From the NCBI GenBank assembly GCA_026770705.1, contig JANJGN010000008.1, forward strand, positions 18,972,001 to 19,036,000: a stretch of DNA of 64,000 nt, in the 5' to 3' direction. How positions within the stretch are numbered: position 1 is the stretch's first letter; the number at the start of each line of letters is the position of its first letter. Positions 38,056 through 51,500 of this stretch are shown here, piece after piece. The notes beneath the pieces are model-generated. The model saw only the letters and a program-made list of their open reading frames with translations, was not told the DNA's origin and did not search any database. Both the position numbers and the translations under genes were made by a program. Source of the DNA: Isurus oxyrinchus. Taxonomy: Eukaryota.

Positions 38056-39804
38056 ATGGATTAATCATATGTACAGAAAAGTGGTGCTCCTAATTAGTAG
38101 GCAATAAGATCTTATCAGTTATTGCTTAACCTGAAAATCCTGGAAGCACTTCAACCTGATGGAAGTACAGAGGATAGAATGTTAATTGTCAACATGTCCC
38201 AGCTTTGTCTCTGTCCTTAAGACTTTTGCTTTAAATACCCCCTCGTGGTCATCAGACAGGGTTCTGAATGAAATCACATGGCTCCTTGCCACACAGTCAA
38301 GGTGCCAGCCTCTACAGCCAAGGAGATATGTTCCCAAAGTGATCCTCAAACTTCCCTCTTTCCAGATGCAAAAAAGAACATACACATTTTCACTCTTGAA
38401 TGTAATGTGATGGAAAATGCACCAAATAAGGGTAAAAGAATCCAATCTTGGACCTTTTCAGCTTGCACCTCTCTTAAAACCTTCATAGCCTTCTGAATTT
38501 CCTTCTTCAAAATGAATAATTTGGGGTCCACTTTGCAGCATATATTACAAGTTTCATATGTTACATTCAGGGTTATTTGGGAGGTGTAGGCCCTTCTGAT
38601 GGTGTGCCAGCTTGTTGTCAGTTGTAACGTGTTGACGCTTTGACCTCAATACATGGAGGACATAAGTAAGAGGTAGAATGAGGCAGATGGCAAATATATA
38701 TCTCAGACTGAAGGAGAGAAAAAAACTCTGAAGTTTTCACTTTATATGTTTAGGTTTCAATTCAATGTTGCCTATTAATCTTTTCTCAGAATCTCTCTGT
38801 CTCCTGCATTTTTTTTTTTGTTCATTCAGGATATGTGGGCTTCACAGGCTGGGCCAGCATTTATTGCCCATCCCTAGTTATGCTTGAGAAGTTGGTGGTA
38901 AGCTGCCTTCTTGAACTGTTCAGTCCATGTGGCATCAGTACAGTTCCATCCTGTGCTTTCCATAGACTGGTTATTAACTGAAGCTTGCTCCTGACATTGG
39001 TCATAACCCTCCTTTTTCAGTTTTAAATTTTATTTCTTTTGTCATGCATTAGCTTTGGGCACTCAATCTGTTTCCTTCAAAGCCATTTGCTGAGTTTGTA
39101 TATGAACTATCTCTTCCCTGAATGCCCTCTTTTGCCCCATTACTGCTTTACCCTGCTATCACTTTTCTCAAATCTACTTGCGCTAGGTCTCTTCTTAGAT
39201 CACTGAAATTAGCTCTTTCACAGTTGAGCACTTGTACCTTTGCTAGTTACTAGTCTATTCTGTGATTATTCTAACAGGTTCTTAAACAGGTCCTTTGGCT
39301 ACCCATCACTAAATAGTTTGGAACTTAATATTTCCCATTTTGAGGAATGGTTGAGCATGTTATGCATGTACTCAATGAAGCTTAGAAGAAGAGGAGATGA
39401 TCTTATTGAAACATGCAAGATTCTGAAGGGGCCTGACAGGGTAATGCTGAGAGGATATTATCTTTAATGCTTGCAAAACACAGATCACGTCGACCATTAA
39501 ATGTGATTCTGTGATTGGACAGCACTTGCTAAACAATCCCGAGTGGGCTAAGAATTACACTAACAACCAATTTAAGATTTTCATTTGGGCTCTCAATGGG
39601 CTCACTTATGCTTGCTAGAAGCAACATAATCACATGTGGGCACCTGTCCACTGCAGGCAAAAGGGCCATGCCCACACATTGCATTTTTTTTAAATAAACA
39701 AAAGCTTGGAAGACATTAGTTCCCTCGTGCATTTTCCATGGCAATGTCTCAACTTTCTAACCAATAAGCACCGTGCTCCCTTTGAAATTTGGTATTCTTG
39801 CGGT

Positions 39805-39840
39805 CTATCCTGATGAGTGCAAGGTGAAAACCTTTGACAG
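39805..39840 (+). ncRNA. Degenerate minimal hammerhead (second Penelope-like family)
   Basis: ctatc-CTGATGA-gtgcaaggt-GAAA-acc-ttt-gacag. Stem I ctatc/gacag has one mismatch and stem II is eroded. Confidence 0.45.
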
Positions 39841-41096
39841 CGTGTCTCTTTTTGCAGCAATACTCAAGCTCTGCACAACTAGCAACTATGCATAAGGTTG
39901 AGTTGGCAGTTTTAATCTAAAAAGGAGTCAAGAGTTTTGAGGAAGGACAGTGGAGCTAAGGCCATAATCAAATCAGTCATTATTGAATGGCAGAATAAGC
40001 TTGAGGGGCCAAATGGCCTACTCAGGCTCCTTTTTCTCATGTTCCCCTCTTTTTTCCTGTTTTGAGCAATTTTGCATCTCAACCTAAACACCCATAATTC
40101 TGCTTTTGTCTAAATCCTGAGCTGGAAATGGAGAGGAAGCTCGCCTGTCCTGTAATTTCACAAGAGACAACGTCAATTACTTTATGTAATGTAATAACTG
40201 AAAACAGCAGCTTGTTGGGTATCTCTGCACCAGGAGCTTTGCTGCTTACTCTCTGGGCCACTTTAACACTCTTTTCCCAAAAGGTAGGTTATCTTACCGC
40301 AATCATAATTCTATTTAAAGGATTTATCAATATGCCTTTGAATAACAGCAACTTGCTCCACAATTTTACATCATTTTTGATCTTTGAATTTAGACTGAAC
40401 AAGGACATCAAGTATTTACTGATAAGATTTCAACTGCTTTTGCATAAAACTCCTAAAATGGGGATTTCTTACAACATAATGACTATTTTACATTTTTGAA
40501 GCTTTCCTGTCTGTTGCTCGATCAATGTAACAGTTTCCTTCTATGTGTTTGTTATCTCTAGCTCTAGAGTTGACTAATCTATCACACTCCTGGCTGGTCT
40601 TCCACGCTTTTGAGCTCTGTAAGCTTGAGGCCATCGAAAACCCACTGCTTGTATGCTAACATGCAATAATTTCTGTTCACCCATCACCCTACTGACATAC
40701 AATCTATTGAGATATCTCTGATCCTCCAATTCTGGCCTCTTGAGCATCCCTGATTTTAATCATTCCATCACTGGCAGCTCTGAATTCATATGGTATGACT
40801 CCAAGCTCTGAAATTCCCCCCATAACTTCTGCAGCTCTCTACCTCTCTATTATACTGAAGGCACTCCTTAAGATCGATCAAGCTTTTGGTCGTCTGCCCT
40901 AATATTTCCTTACTTGGTGTCAAATCTTATTTAATAGCTTTCCCTGAATTGCTTTGGAAGGTTTTAACATTTTCAAGGCACTAGGTACAGAAGGACACAT
41001 TGTGGTAACAACTCAATTTGGTGTTTCTGGTTTCCCAAGTGACCCTCTGGTTCTGTTTGAGGTTTTCATTGTCGAAAAAACTTCTATTTATTTAAC

Positions 41097-41312
41097 TGAA
41101 AAATGCTGGAAAAGCTCAGCACATCTGGCAGCATCTGTGGAGAGAGAAACAGAGTTAATGTTTTAAGTCCACATGACTCTTCTTCAGAGCCTTACGGACT
41201 CAAAACATTAACTCTGTTTCTCTCTCCACAGATGCTGTCAGACCTGCTGAGATTTTCCAGCATTTTCTGTTTTTATTTCAGATTTCCAGCATCCTCAGTA
41301 TTTTGGCTTTTA
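41097..41312. mobile_element. Palindromic Penelope-like terminal fragment
   Basis: Same inverted structure and same centre (gactcttcttcagagcc) as 2046-2275. Confidence 0.75.
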
Positions 41313-42399
41313 TTCTATTTATTTCATGCCTTCTCAAATAATAATAAATTGCAAGATGCTTTCTGGAATGTTATGAAGCGAAGTTTGTTTCCAAGCCACT
41401 AAAGGAGCTATCAGAGCAGATGACCAAATCCTGATTGAAGAGATGGACTTACAGGAGTAACTTAAATGAGGAAATAGGGAAAGAAATAGAAAGGCAAAGA
41501 GATTTAAGGAGGGAATTCCAGAGCTTCGGACATCATCAGCTGAAGGCCTGGCCACCAAGGTTCTGCTGGCTATTCAATTCTTTGACTGATTAGTGAGGCT
41601 CAACTTAGTTGCACATATTTCTCTGGGAGATAAGAGCTGCAAAAGTCACAAAATAAAATGTAAGAGAAAAAAAATTGAAGCATTATGGATGAACTTGATT
41701 GGCAGATCTTAGTGTCTGCTTGAATACTGTCCTGACTTTGCATTTAGCACTTCCTGTACTTGAAAGCTCCTTTCAGGAATGGTGACCATGAAACTGTCAT
41801 TTTTTTTAGTTGTAAAAGCTCATCTGGTTCATTAATGCCCTTTTGAGAAGGAAATCTGCCATCCTCACCTGGTCTGATCTACAGTGACACTAAGAGAGGC
41901 ATCATCAAACACTAAGATGCACTACAGCAACTCACCAAGGCTCCATAGGCAGCACCTTCCGAACCCACGACTGCTACCACCTAGAAGGACAAGAGCAGCA
42001 GATACATGGGAACACAAATATATCACAATTCCTTCACTGTTGCTGGGTCAAAATCCTGGAGCTCTCCCCCTTTTCAGCACTGTGGGTGTACCTTCATCAC
42101 ATGGGCAGCAGCGGTTCGAGATGGTAGCTCACCATCACCTTTACAATGACAATTAGGGATGGACAATAAGTGCTGGCCTTGCCATCGATGCTCACACCCT
42201 ATGAATGGGTATATTTTGGAAATACTCAGCAGATTTTGAAGATGTGGAAAAGAAACAGTTAATATTTCAAATCAATGAACAAGAAAATGAGAGAGATTTA
42301 ACAGGTATTAAACAATTACAGTGGCAGGTGTTACAAATATGGCATTTTTAAGATTGTTATGTTTTGGGACTATGTGTGGCTTTTCACGCTGCATTGTCC

Positions 42400-43700
42400 G
42401 CTTCCTGCCTCATTAATTATGCAGCCGCAGGAAACATGCCGCCTCGCTGGCGGGCAACCCCTGAATCTCCCTCTAAGCCATTACCTCACCATTTCCCCCA
42501 CTTCAAGTGCAATATCTAAACTGCAGCTGCACATGCAGTTTTCATGCAGCCCAGGACTGCTCCAGTAACGACACAGCCCTGAAAGCCAAGACGAATTCAG
42601 TGACCCATCACTGGAATGCCTTTTGGAGGCTGGCCGTGATGTCCTCCACCCCCTCTCTGGCTACAGGAGGTCCAGCAATCGCACTGCTCCAGCTTGGGAG
42701 GTGGTGGCAGTGGTGGTCAGTGACAATACGGCACAGAAGGAGGTTTCTTCCAGTTCAGAAAGAGGATGAATGATTGCATTTGTGCCGCCAGGATATGTCA
42801 ACAATCTCATTACTCTAAACTCAGGCACTCACAAGGCCATCATATATTCACTGGCATCTCACTCACTGCCAGCACAAGGGACATCACAACTCACTCTCTC
42901 ACACACATCCCCACATCTCCATCTGGCCTCATCTCCTCTGGAGGCTGCCACTTCAGCCTCCAACATCTTGAAGCCACTTGCATAGATCAACACATGACCC
43001 CTTTACACATCCTGGGAAATCCACTTTCCCCAGTCCAGTCCTTGGCCTGCAGCCTCTTCCCTTACCTGAGGCCTCCTCTCCCGCTTCCCCAAACAAGCCC
43101 CAGCCCTGCAGCCTGCAGTTTATTTTTATTTGTTCATGGGATGTGGGCATCACTGGCCGGGCCAGCATTTATTACCCATCCCTAGCTGCCCTTGTTCAGA
43201 GGGCATTTAAGAGTCAACCGCATTGCTGTGGGTCTGGAGTCACATGTAGGCCAGACCAGGTAAGGATGGCAGAATTCCTTCCCTAAAGGACGTTGAAAAG
43301 CCACTCCCGTAGAGACCTGCCTGTGAACCCTCCTAAAAATGATGTGGTGCATCCTGGGAACCCTGGCGCTGATGACCGTGAGTGCTGCTTGAAGCGCGGT
43401 AGGCAACCAAACTTCTAAGTCCCGAGTGAAACAAGTCAGCGTGCAATCGCATCAACATGCCCAGATGATCCAGCATGGGGGATGATTCCGGCTGGCAGGG
43501 ATTATAATTACATACAGATGTATTAAAATAACATCCCTGATGTCTGGCAGCAGGAAACGTGGTCTGCCATTGACAGGTGGAGTGGTTGATCGCAAACTGG
43601 TTTCATGATGTTATGAAGCCGATTTTTGGCCTTCCTGCCATATTGTCCACTCACGTCTGCCATGACGCACAACGCCAACGTGGACAGGAAATTCCAGCCT
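42400..43700 (+). mobile_element. Harbinger-related element with a Myb/SANT-like ORF relic and an internal SINE
   Basis: ~42586-42780 reads PRRIQ/FSDPSLECLLEAGRDVLHPLSGYRRSSNRTAPAWEVVAVVV...RMND (frameshifted), resembling Harbinger Myb-like proteins. ggaaattccagcc terminus at ~43687-43699. Confidence 0.5.
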
Positions 43701-45062
43701 ATGTCTTGAATTTTGGGTAAAATGAAGGAGGGTCGTGTGACCTGGTCTGAATTCTGCTGCCAACAGTCTTGGACAGTGTGGCCGTTAAAGATTAATGAAG
43801 GTCCCCTTTACTGGGAAGATGATGTAAAATGTTCAGAGTTGTAGATAATGACAGAAGCACCTGTGCCTACAGTGAATAGTCTCCAAAGACCCAGGAAGGT
43901 GTTAAGAATGTCAGGTTTTAGCACTTCTAGCTGGATACAAAGATTCACGTTGCCATGGAGATGGGCTTTGAGAGGGAAAGGGCACATTGCAAGGAACTAT
44001 GGGATTGGATTAAAAGATTCGCTCAAAAAATATCCCTGAAATTCACAGAAATATCAGTCTACAAGGTCCTAGATAGAGAGAGAAGGAGCAGATAGGGGCA
44101 CAAGTCCCCTGTGGTTCACTCTGCAGGAATGTGGGTGGGAGCTTGCACTCAAATTGAAAAGATCAAATTCATGAGGATTTAAAAATGAGGCTGGAAGATG
44201 CACCTTGTTCAAACTAAAGGGAGAATTTCCAGGAAAGATCTGAATGAGAAAGACTGTTCTGGGGTTGAAAGTTACTGGGCTGGGAAAAGGAAAGAATGAA
44301 AGTAAAACCTCTGGGGCCAAGAATCACTTTGGACTGTCTGGCAGAATTCAAATTCCTACTTAAGGAACAGTGGACAGTATAACCATGGAGTGGGAATTTC
44401 AGTTGTGTTAAAAGTAAAAAGAGAAGCTAAAAGTGAGAAGTCCTGTTCTGTGGTTTAGAGCATAAGTTGCCTACTGAAAAAATGGTTAGTGAATGTTACT
44501 TATTGTTCGTTTGTTACAGTGAAAGTCTTCAAAGTTGAAATTTGTCAGGTCATCCTGTCAGCTACTGACTGAAAGCTCAAATTTGTTTTTAAAAGTTATC
44601 ACCTTCCACAGAGATAGAGGAAAAGAACATAACAGAAATTCTGTGATAGGGTGAAAAGCAGGAGAGAGTAAATGAAAACAGGGGTGATGGTGGAAGACAA
44701 AAGGATATGGAAATGGGACAAGTAAAGAAACAAAAGATGGGTCAAGATGAATTGTAAATGGGAATAGCAAAATTAGCATCAACATCCATCAATGGAGCAG
44801 CAGTAATATGAAAAAGCTACTTGCTGTTAATCCATAATCTTATATAAAATTCATCAGTTTTCTGATCAGTTTAACTATGTATAAGTGAAAATTATGGTGA
44901 AGTATTTTGCAACTGTAATATTGCCCATTCATCCTATAATAAGAAAATTACATATATTTTCTTTTCTCACTTAAATTATTTTATTTTTAAGCAGAAATTC
45001 TTTGTGGATCATGGATACAGGATGGGTTCAAGATGCATCACATTAATAGATTAATTGCACAG

Positions 45063-45109
45063 TATAAAATTTTATGAAATGACTTCTGCTAGAATCATCA
45101 CAGGAAGTG
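45063..45109 (+). promoter_or_regulatory. Candidate gene B promoter (TATA-like box and ETS site)
   Basis: TATAAAA at 45063 and ACAGGAAGTG at 45100-45109, in unique AT-rich DNA about 230 bp upstream of the putative ATG. Confidence 0.35.
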
Positions 45110-45338
45110 GTGGAGTACTTTACTGAAAATGTTGACTGTACATTTTATAGTTCCCAGTTCCCAGTGAGGCAATAATTTCACAATGTGTTTTACTTCATTT
45201 CTTCTTCACCATATCTGGAATGTTAAACATATTTTAAAAGTGTTATTCAGTTTTACTTCAGGTGGTTCTATATTACATATATATTATCTCTATATCATAA
45301 TGTATATTTCTTACAGGGAAAGAGGCTGAATCTGTGAA

Positions 45339-45426
45339 ATGAGTCTACAATTTACCTGCAGCAGAACACCAGGTGTTTTAATCTTAAGTTTCTTTGTATT
45401 TCCACTTCAGACTGTTCTCACACATA
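45339..45426 (+). CDS. Gene B leader (signal peptide) exon
   Basis: Acceptor tttcttacag at 45316, ATG at 45339, MSLQFTCSRTPGVLILSFFVFPLQTVLTH, then phase-1 donor A|gtaagt compatible with the D1 exon at 53550. Confidence 0.7.
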
Positions 45427-46215
45427 GTAAGTGATTTTTTTTCCTCTGTCAGGCACTAACACTCATGTTTTACTTTATTATAGTGATCAATGAAATTACT
45501 TAGCCACTGTTCAGGAAAGGGTCGGGGGTGGGGGTGTGCTTCATTCCCATTTCTCAGCTCCTTTTAATAAATTTCAGGGGTTTGCTTTTCAAATTCCAAC
45601 AACTGAACAACTTAATGAAATGAAAATTGCTGACCGATTTCTCATTGTTCTTCAACTCCATTTCCCAAACTAACAATTTCTCTATCCATCTGTCTATCCA
45701 TCCAATCTTGGATGCAGCAAGGGATGACTGAATAGAGTTCTTTGACATTATAAAGGTGCTTGATAGGGTAAAAGATGTTTCCACTTGAGGTTGAGCCAAA
45801 ATGGCCCATTTATATACACCAAATTTTATATAATTCTAGTTTAGTGTCCAAACTAATTTATTATAATTACAGTGTGCATAGAGCCATTATGGTTTTGTAA
45901 TCTCAATGCGAGTTGCTGTCCTATCATGAGACACATGGGAGTTATTGCTTTTGATAAGTACCCTTATGAAAATGTAAATAAAACAATCGTTACAATGAGG
46001 ATTTTACTGTTATTCTTGTGTATCCAATATTACTTATCTGCTAGCCATGAAACAAAGGTGCACAATGATTCAAAGTTGAAATACAGGGAATGGTATTGAA
46101 GAACGAATGACTGATCATGTGACCAGTGTCACCAGGGGCCACCTGGAAGATTCAGAATACATGAAGTATCACCTTCACAGATAAGGCAAAGCACCCAGAT
46201 GAAAGTCAGCTTCAA

Positions 46216-48385
46216 GGCCTGAATCTTCTGGTTGATGTGCAGGGGCGGGCCCCACTCGCCGACGTGTAAAATGATGTGCAGAGATGTCAGGCATGCGTCC
46301 TGAAGTCACCATGCGTCATTCCGATCCTCAGTTCAGCGGGTGCACACCAGAGTCAGCAACACACCCGTCAAACTGCCAAAGGCCTATTAAGGCCATTAAT
46401 CAACTCATTAGACCATAAGACCATAAGACACAGGAGCAGAAATTAGGCCATTTAGCCCATCGCGTCTGCTCCGCCATTCAATCATGGCTGATAAGTTTCT
46501 CGACCCCATTCTCCCGCCTTCTCCCAGTAACCTTTGATCCCCATACCAATCAAGAGCCTATCTATCTTGGTTCTAAATACATTCAATGACCTGGTCTCCA
46601 CAGCCTTCTGTGGCAATGAACTCCATAGATTCACCACTCTCTGGCTAAAGAAGTTCCTCCTCATCTCTGTTCTAAAAGGTCTTCCCTTTACTCTGAGGCT
46701 GTGCTCTCGGGCCCTAGTCTCTCCTACTAATGGAAACATCTTCCCCACGTCCACTCTATCCAGGCCTTTCAGTATTCTGTAAGTTTCAATCAGATCCCCC
46801 CTCATCCTTCTAAACTCCATCGAGTATAGGCCCAAAGTCCTCAAATGTTCCTCATATGTTAAGCCTTTCATTCCTGGGATCATTCTCGTGAACCTCCTCT
46901 GGACCCTCTCCAAGGCCAGAACATCCTTCCTGAGCTATGGAGCCCACAATTGCTCACAATATTCTAAATGTGGTCTGACCAGAGCCTTATAAAGCCTCAG
47001 CAGCACATCCCTGCTTTTATATTCTAGTCCTCTCGAAATAAATGCCAACATTGCATTTGCGTTCCTAACTACCGACTCAACCTGCAAGTTAACCTTAAGA
47101 GAATCCTGGACTAGGACTCCCAAGTCCCTTTGCACTCCAGATTTCTGAATTCTCTCCCCATTTAGAAAATAGTCTATGCCTCTATTCTTCCTACCAAAGT
47201 GCATGACCTCACACTTCCCTGCGTTGTATTCCATCTGCCAGTTCTTTGCCCATTCTCCTAACCTGTCCAAATCCTTCTGCAGCCTCCCCGCCTCCTCAAT
47301 ACTGCTCCTGTCCCTCCACCTATCTTTGTATAAAGTGAAAAGTTGTGGTCCCAAAACTGACGCCTGCGGAACTCCACTAGTCAGTCACCGGCCGCCATCC
47401 TGTGAAGAACCCCCCTTATCCCCACTTTCTGCCTCCTTCCAGACAGCCAATCTTCTTTCCATGCTAATACCTTGCCTCTAACACCATGGGCTCTTATCTT
47501 ACTGAGCAGCCTCCTATGCGGCACCTTGTCAAAGGCCTTCTGGAAGTCCAAGTAGATAACATCCATTGGCTCTCCTTTGTCTAACCCACTCATTACCTCC
47601 TCAAAGAATTCTCACAGATTTGTCAGGCATGACCTCCCCTTGATGAAACCATGCTGACTTTGCCCTATTTTACCATGCACTTCCAAGTATTCTGAAATCT
47701 CATCCTTAATAATGGACTCTAAAATCTTACCAACGACCGAGGTCAGGCTAATCGGCCTGTAATTTCCCGCCTTTTGCCTCACTCCCTTCTTAAACAGCAG
47801 GGTTACATTAGCGATTTTCCAGTCCTCTGAGACCCTCCCTGACTCCAGTGATTCTCGAAAGATCACCACTAACGCCTCCACTATCTCTTCAGCTATCTCC
47901 TTCATTGAAGTAGTTGTCAGGGCTGCCCGTCCAACATTAACGTTGGCGGACAGGTGAACATCCCAGGCGGCATTTGCATTTTTCATGGAACCTCATCCAC
48001 AGGCGGGATAAGGTTTCATGTAGGGTTTATAACCGCAATCAAAGTGTTTATTAAAATTCATTGACATGTCCCAGCTCATGTGACACTGTCACGTGAGGGG
48101 ACATGTCTGAATAATTTTTTTAATACTTTTCTTCAAGTTTTAAAAATCAAATTAATATCCCTGAGGCAGCTCCGTGCATCAGGGAGATTTCTGTGCTCTT
48201 TCGCGAACATGCCCCGACTCTCCCTCCTTCCCCCACCCACACAGGTAGCGCTGAGCACCTACGGTTGCGCGTCACACTGGGTGGGCCTTAATTGGCCCAC
48301 CCACATAAAATGGCGCACACGGCTGATTGCGGGATGCCACTGACTGCACGTCCACCTGTGCCCACTCACACCCAGCCCAACCAAC
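46216..48385. mobile_element. Harbinger-type MITE split by a CR1 insertion
   Basis: MITE halves at 46216-46410 and 47905-48385, with tcatt repeated at both junctions. Confidence 0.7.
46411..47901 (-). mobile_element. CR1 LINE, 5'-truncated
   Basis: NYRPISLTSVVGKILE, YLDFQKAFDKVPH, RPHLEYC, plus a gaccataa tail repeat. Confidence 0.92.
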
Positions 48386-48514
48386 GGTTTGGTTTATCTA
48401 TGCCAGTTATCTGATCGGACAAGGGGGGCGAGGACACAGAAGTTTCCTGAGCTCCACCCACCTCAGGAACACTGCAGGTGGAATTTTACTGCCCCTCCTG
48501 CCAGCAGGAACTTT

Positions 48515-51500
48515 TTTTTAATTCATTCACAGGACGTGGGCTTTGCTGGCTGGGCCAGCATTTATTGCCCATCCCTAGTTGCCCTTGAGAAGGTGGTGGT
48601 GAGCTGCCTTCTTGAACCATTGCAGTCCACGTGGTGTAGGTACACCCACAGTGCCGTTAGGGAGGGAGTTCCAGGATTATGACCCAGCAAAAGTGAAGGA
48701 ATGGGGGTGTATTTCCAAGTCAGGATGGTGAGTGACTTGGAGGGGAACTTCTAGTTGGTGGTGTTCCCATGTGTCTGCTGCCCTTGTCCTTCTAGATGGT
48801 AATGGTCATGAGTTTGGAAGGTACTGTCAAAGGAGCCTTGGTGAATTCCTGAATCTTGTAGATGGTTCACACTGCTGCTATTGTGATTCAGTGGTGGAGG
48901 GAGTAAATGTTTGTGGATGTGGTGCCAATCGAGTGGGCTGTTTTTTCCTGTCAAGCTTCTTGAGTGTTGTGGGAGCTGCACTCATCCAGGCAAGTGGTGA
49001 GTTTTCCATCCAACTCCCCACTTGTGCCTTGTAGATGGTGGGCAGGCATTGGGGAGTCAGGGGCTGAGTTACTTGTCACAGGATTCCTAGCCTCTGACCT
49101 GCTCTTGTAACCACAGTATTTATATAACTAGTCCAGTTCAGTTTCTGGCCAATGGTAACATCCAGGATGTTGCTCATTTGGGTAAAGTCATTGAACATCA
49201 GGGGGCGAAGGTTGGATTCTCTCTTGTTGGAGATGGTCATTGCCTGACACTTGTGTGGTGCGAATGTTACTTGCCATTTGTCAGTGCATGCCTGGATGTT
49301 GTCCAGGTCTTGCTGAATTTGGACATGGACTGCTCCAGTATCTGCGGAGTCGCTAATGGTGTTGAACATCGTGCAAACATCAGCGAACATCCCCACAGGT
49401 CACTATCCTAAGGAACTCCTGCAGTGATGCCCCGGAGCTGAGATGACTGAATTCCAACAGCCTCCAACAATGACAACCACCTTCCTATGTGCCAGGTATG
49501 AATCCAGCCAGCGGCCAGTTTCCCCTCTGATTCCCACTGACTCCAATTTTGCTACGGCTCCTTGATGCCACGTCAAATGCGGCTTTGATATCAAGGACAG
49601 TCACTCTCACCTCATCTCAGGAGTTCTGCTCTTCTGTCCATGTTTGAACCAAAGCTGTAAAGAGGTCAGGAGCTGAGTGGCCCTGGCGGAACGTAAACTG
49701 AGCGTCAGTGAGCAGGTTATTGCTAAGGACGTCTTGGAGGAGTAAAGAAAGTGGAGCAGAGATGGGAGATTCTTAGAAAAGTAGTTAGGGGAATGAAGAC
49801 AGGGCATGAAAAAACATTGGTGGGCGAGATGAAGGAAAATCCCAAGGCTTTTTATAAATGTATTAAGAGCAAGAAGATAACCAGGGAAAGAGTAGGGCCC
49901 ATTAGGTACTCAAGTGGCAATCTGTGTGTGGAGCCAGAGGAGGTGGTGAAGTTTTGAATTATTACTTTTCATCTATGTTCACTATGGAGAAGGATGATGT
50001 TGGTGTAGAAATCAGGAAGGGGGACTGTGATATACTTGAACAAATTAGCATTGAAAGGAAGGAGGTATTAATGATTTTAGCGGGCTTAAAAGTGGATAAA
50101 TTCACAGGCCCAGATTAGATATATCCCATAAGACATAGGAGCAGAAATTAGGTCATTCGGCCCATCGAGTCTGCTCCGCCATTCAGTCATGGCTGATATC
50201 CCAGGCTGGAATGTAAGGCAAGGAAGAAGATTTCAGGGTATCTGACACTAATTTTCAAATCCTCTCTGGCCACAAGAGAGGTGACAGAGGACTGGAGGAC
50301 AGTGAATGTGCTACCATTACTCAAGAAGGGTAGTCAGGATAAACCAGGTAATTACAGGCCAGTGAGTCTAACGTCAGTGGTAGGGAAATATGGAAAAAGT
50401 TCTGAGGGACAGGATTAATTTCCACTCAGAGTGACAGGGATTAATCCGGGATAGTCAGCATGGCTTTGTCAGGGGGGAGTTCATTTCTAACAAATTTGAT
50501 TGAATTTTTCGAGGAGGTGACTAGTTGTGTAGATGAGGGTAATGCAGCTATTGTATTCTACATGGACTTCAGTAAGGCTTTTGAAAAGGTCCCGCATGGG
50601 AGAATGGTCAAGAAGGTAGGAGCCTGTGGGATCCAGGGCAATTTGGCAAATTGGATCCAAAATTAGTTTAGTGGCAGGAGGCAGAGGGTGATGGTCAAAA
50701 GTTTGTTTTTATGATTGTAAGCCTGTTATGAGTGGTGTACCAAAAGCATCAGTGCTAGGACCCTTGCTGTTTGTAGTTTATATTAATGATTTAGATGTGA
50801 ATACAGGAAGCATGGTCAGTAAATTCACAGAAGGCACGAAAATTATGGTAAATAGTGAGGAGGAAAGCCTTAGATGACAGGACGATATAGATGGGCTGGT
50901 AAGATGGGCAGAGCAGTGGCAAATGGAATTTAATCCTGAGAAATGTGAGGTGATGCATGTTGGGAGGACTAACACGGCAAGGGAATACATAATAAATGGT
51001 AGGACACTAGGAAGTACAGAGGATCAGAGGGACTTTGGTGTACATGTCCATAGATCCCTGAAGGCAACAGCATAGGTAGATAAGATGGTTAAGGAAGCAA
51101 AGGGATGCTTGCCTTTATTAGCCAAGGCATAAAATATAAGAGCAGGGAAGTTATGTTGGAGCTGTATAAAATCCTAGTTAGGCTACAGCTGGAGTACTGT
51201 GTGCAGTTCTGGTCACCACACTATAGAAAGGGTGTGAGTGCACTGCAGAGTTCACAGAAGAGATTCACCACGCTTGGGCTGGAGAGTTTCAGCTATGAAG
51301 AGAGACTGGATAGGCTAGGGTTGTTTTCCTTAGAGCGGAGAAGGCTGAGGGGGGACCTGATAGAGTTATTCAAAATTATGAGGGGCATAGATAAGTTGGA
51401 TAGAAGGAAACTTTTCCCCTTAGTAGAGGTGTCAATAACCAATAACTTAGATTTAAGATAAGGGACAGAAGGTTTAGAGGGGGTTTTTTTCACCCAGAGG

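Noticed and set aside
40128-40290. Hydrophobic ORF with AAG|gtaggt as a leader or TM exon
   Set aside because: Phase 0, incompatible with the Ig exons, and no homology to gene A.
45995-46099. MRILLLFLCIQYYLSASHETK as the gene B signal peptide
   Set aside because: Looks hydrophobic but has no good phase-1 donor. The 45339-45426 exon has a perfect one.
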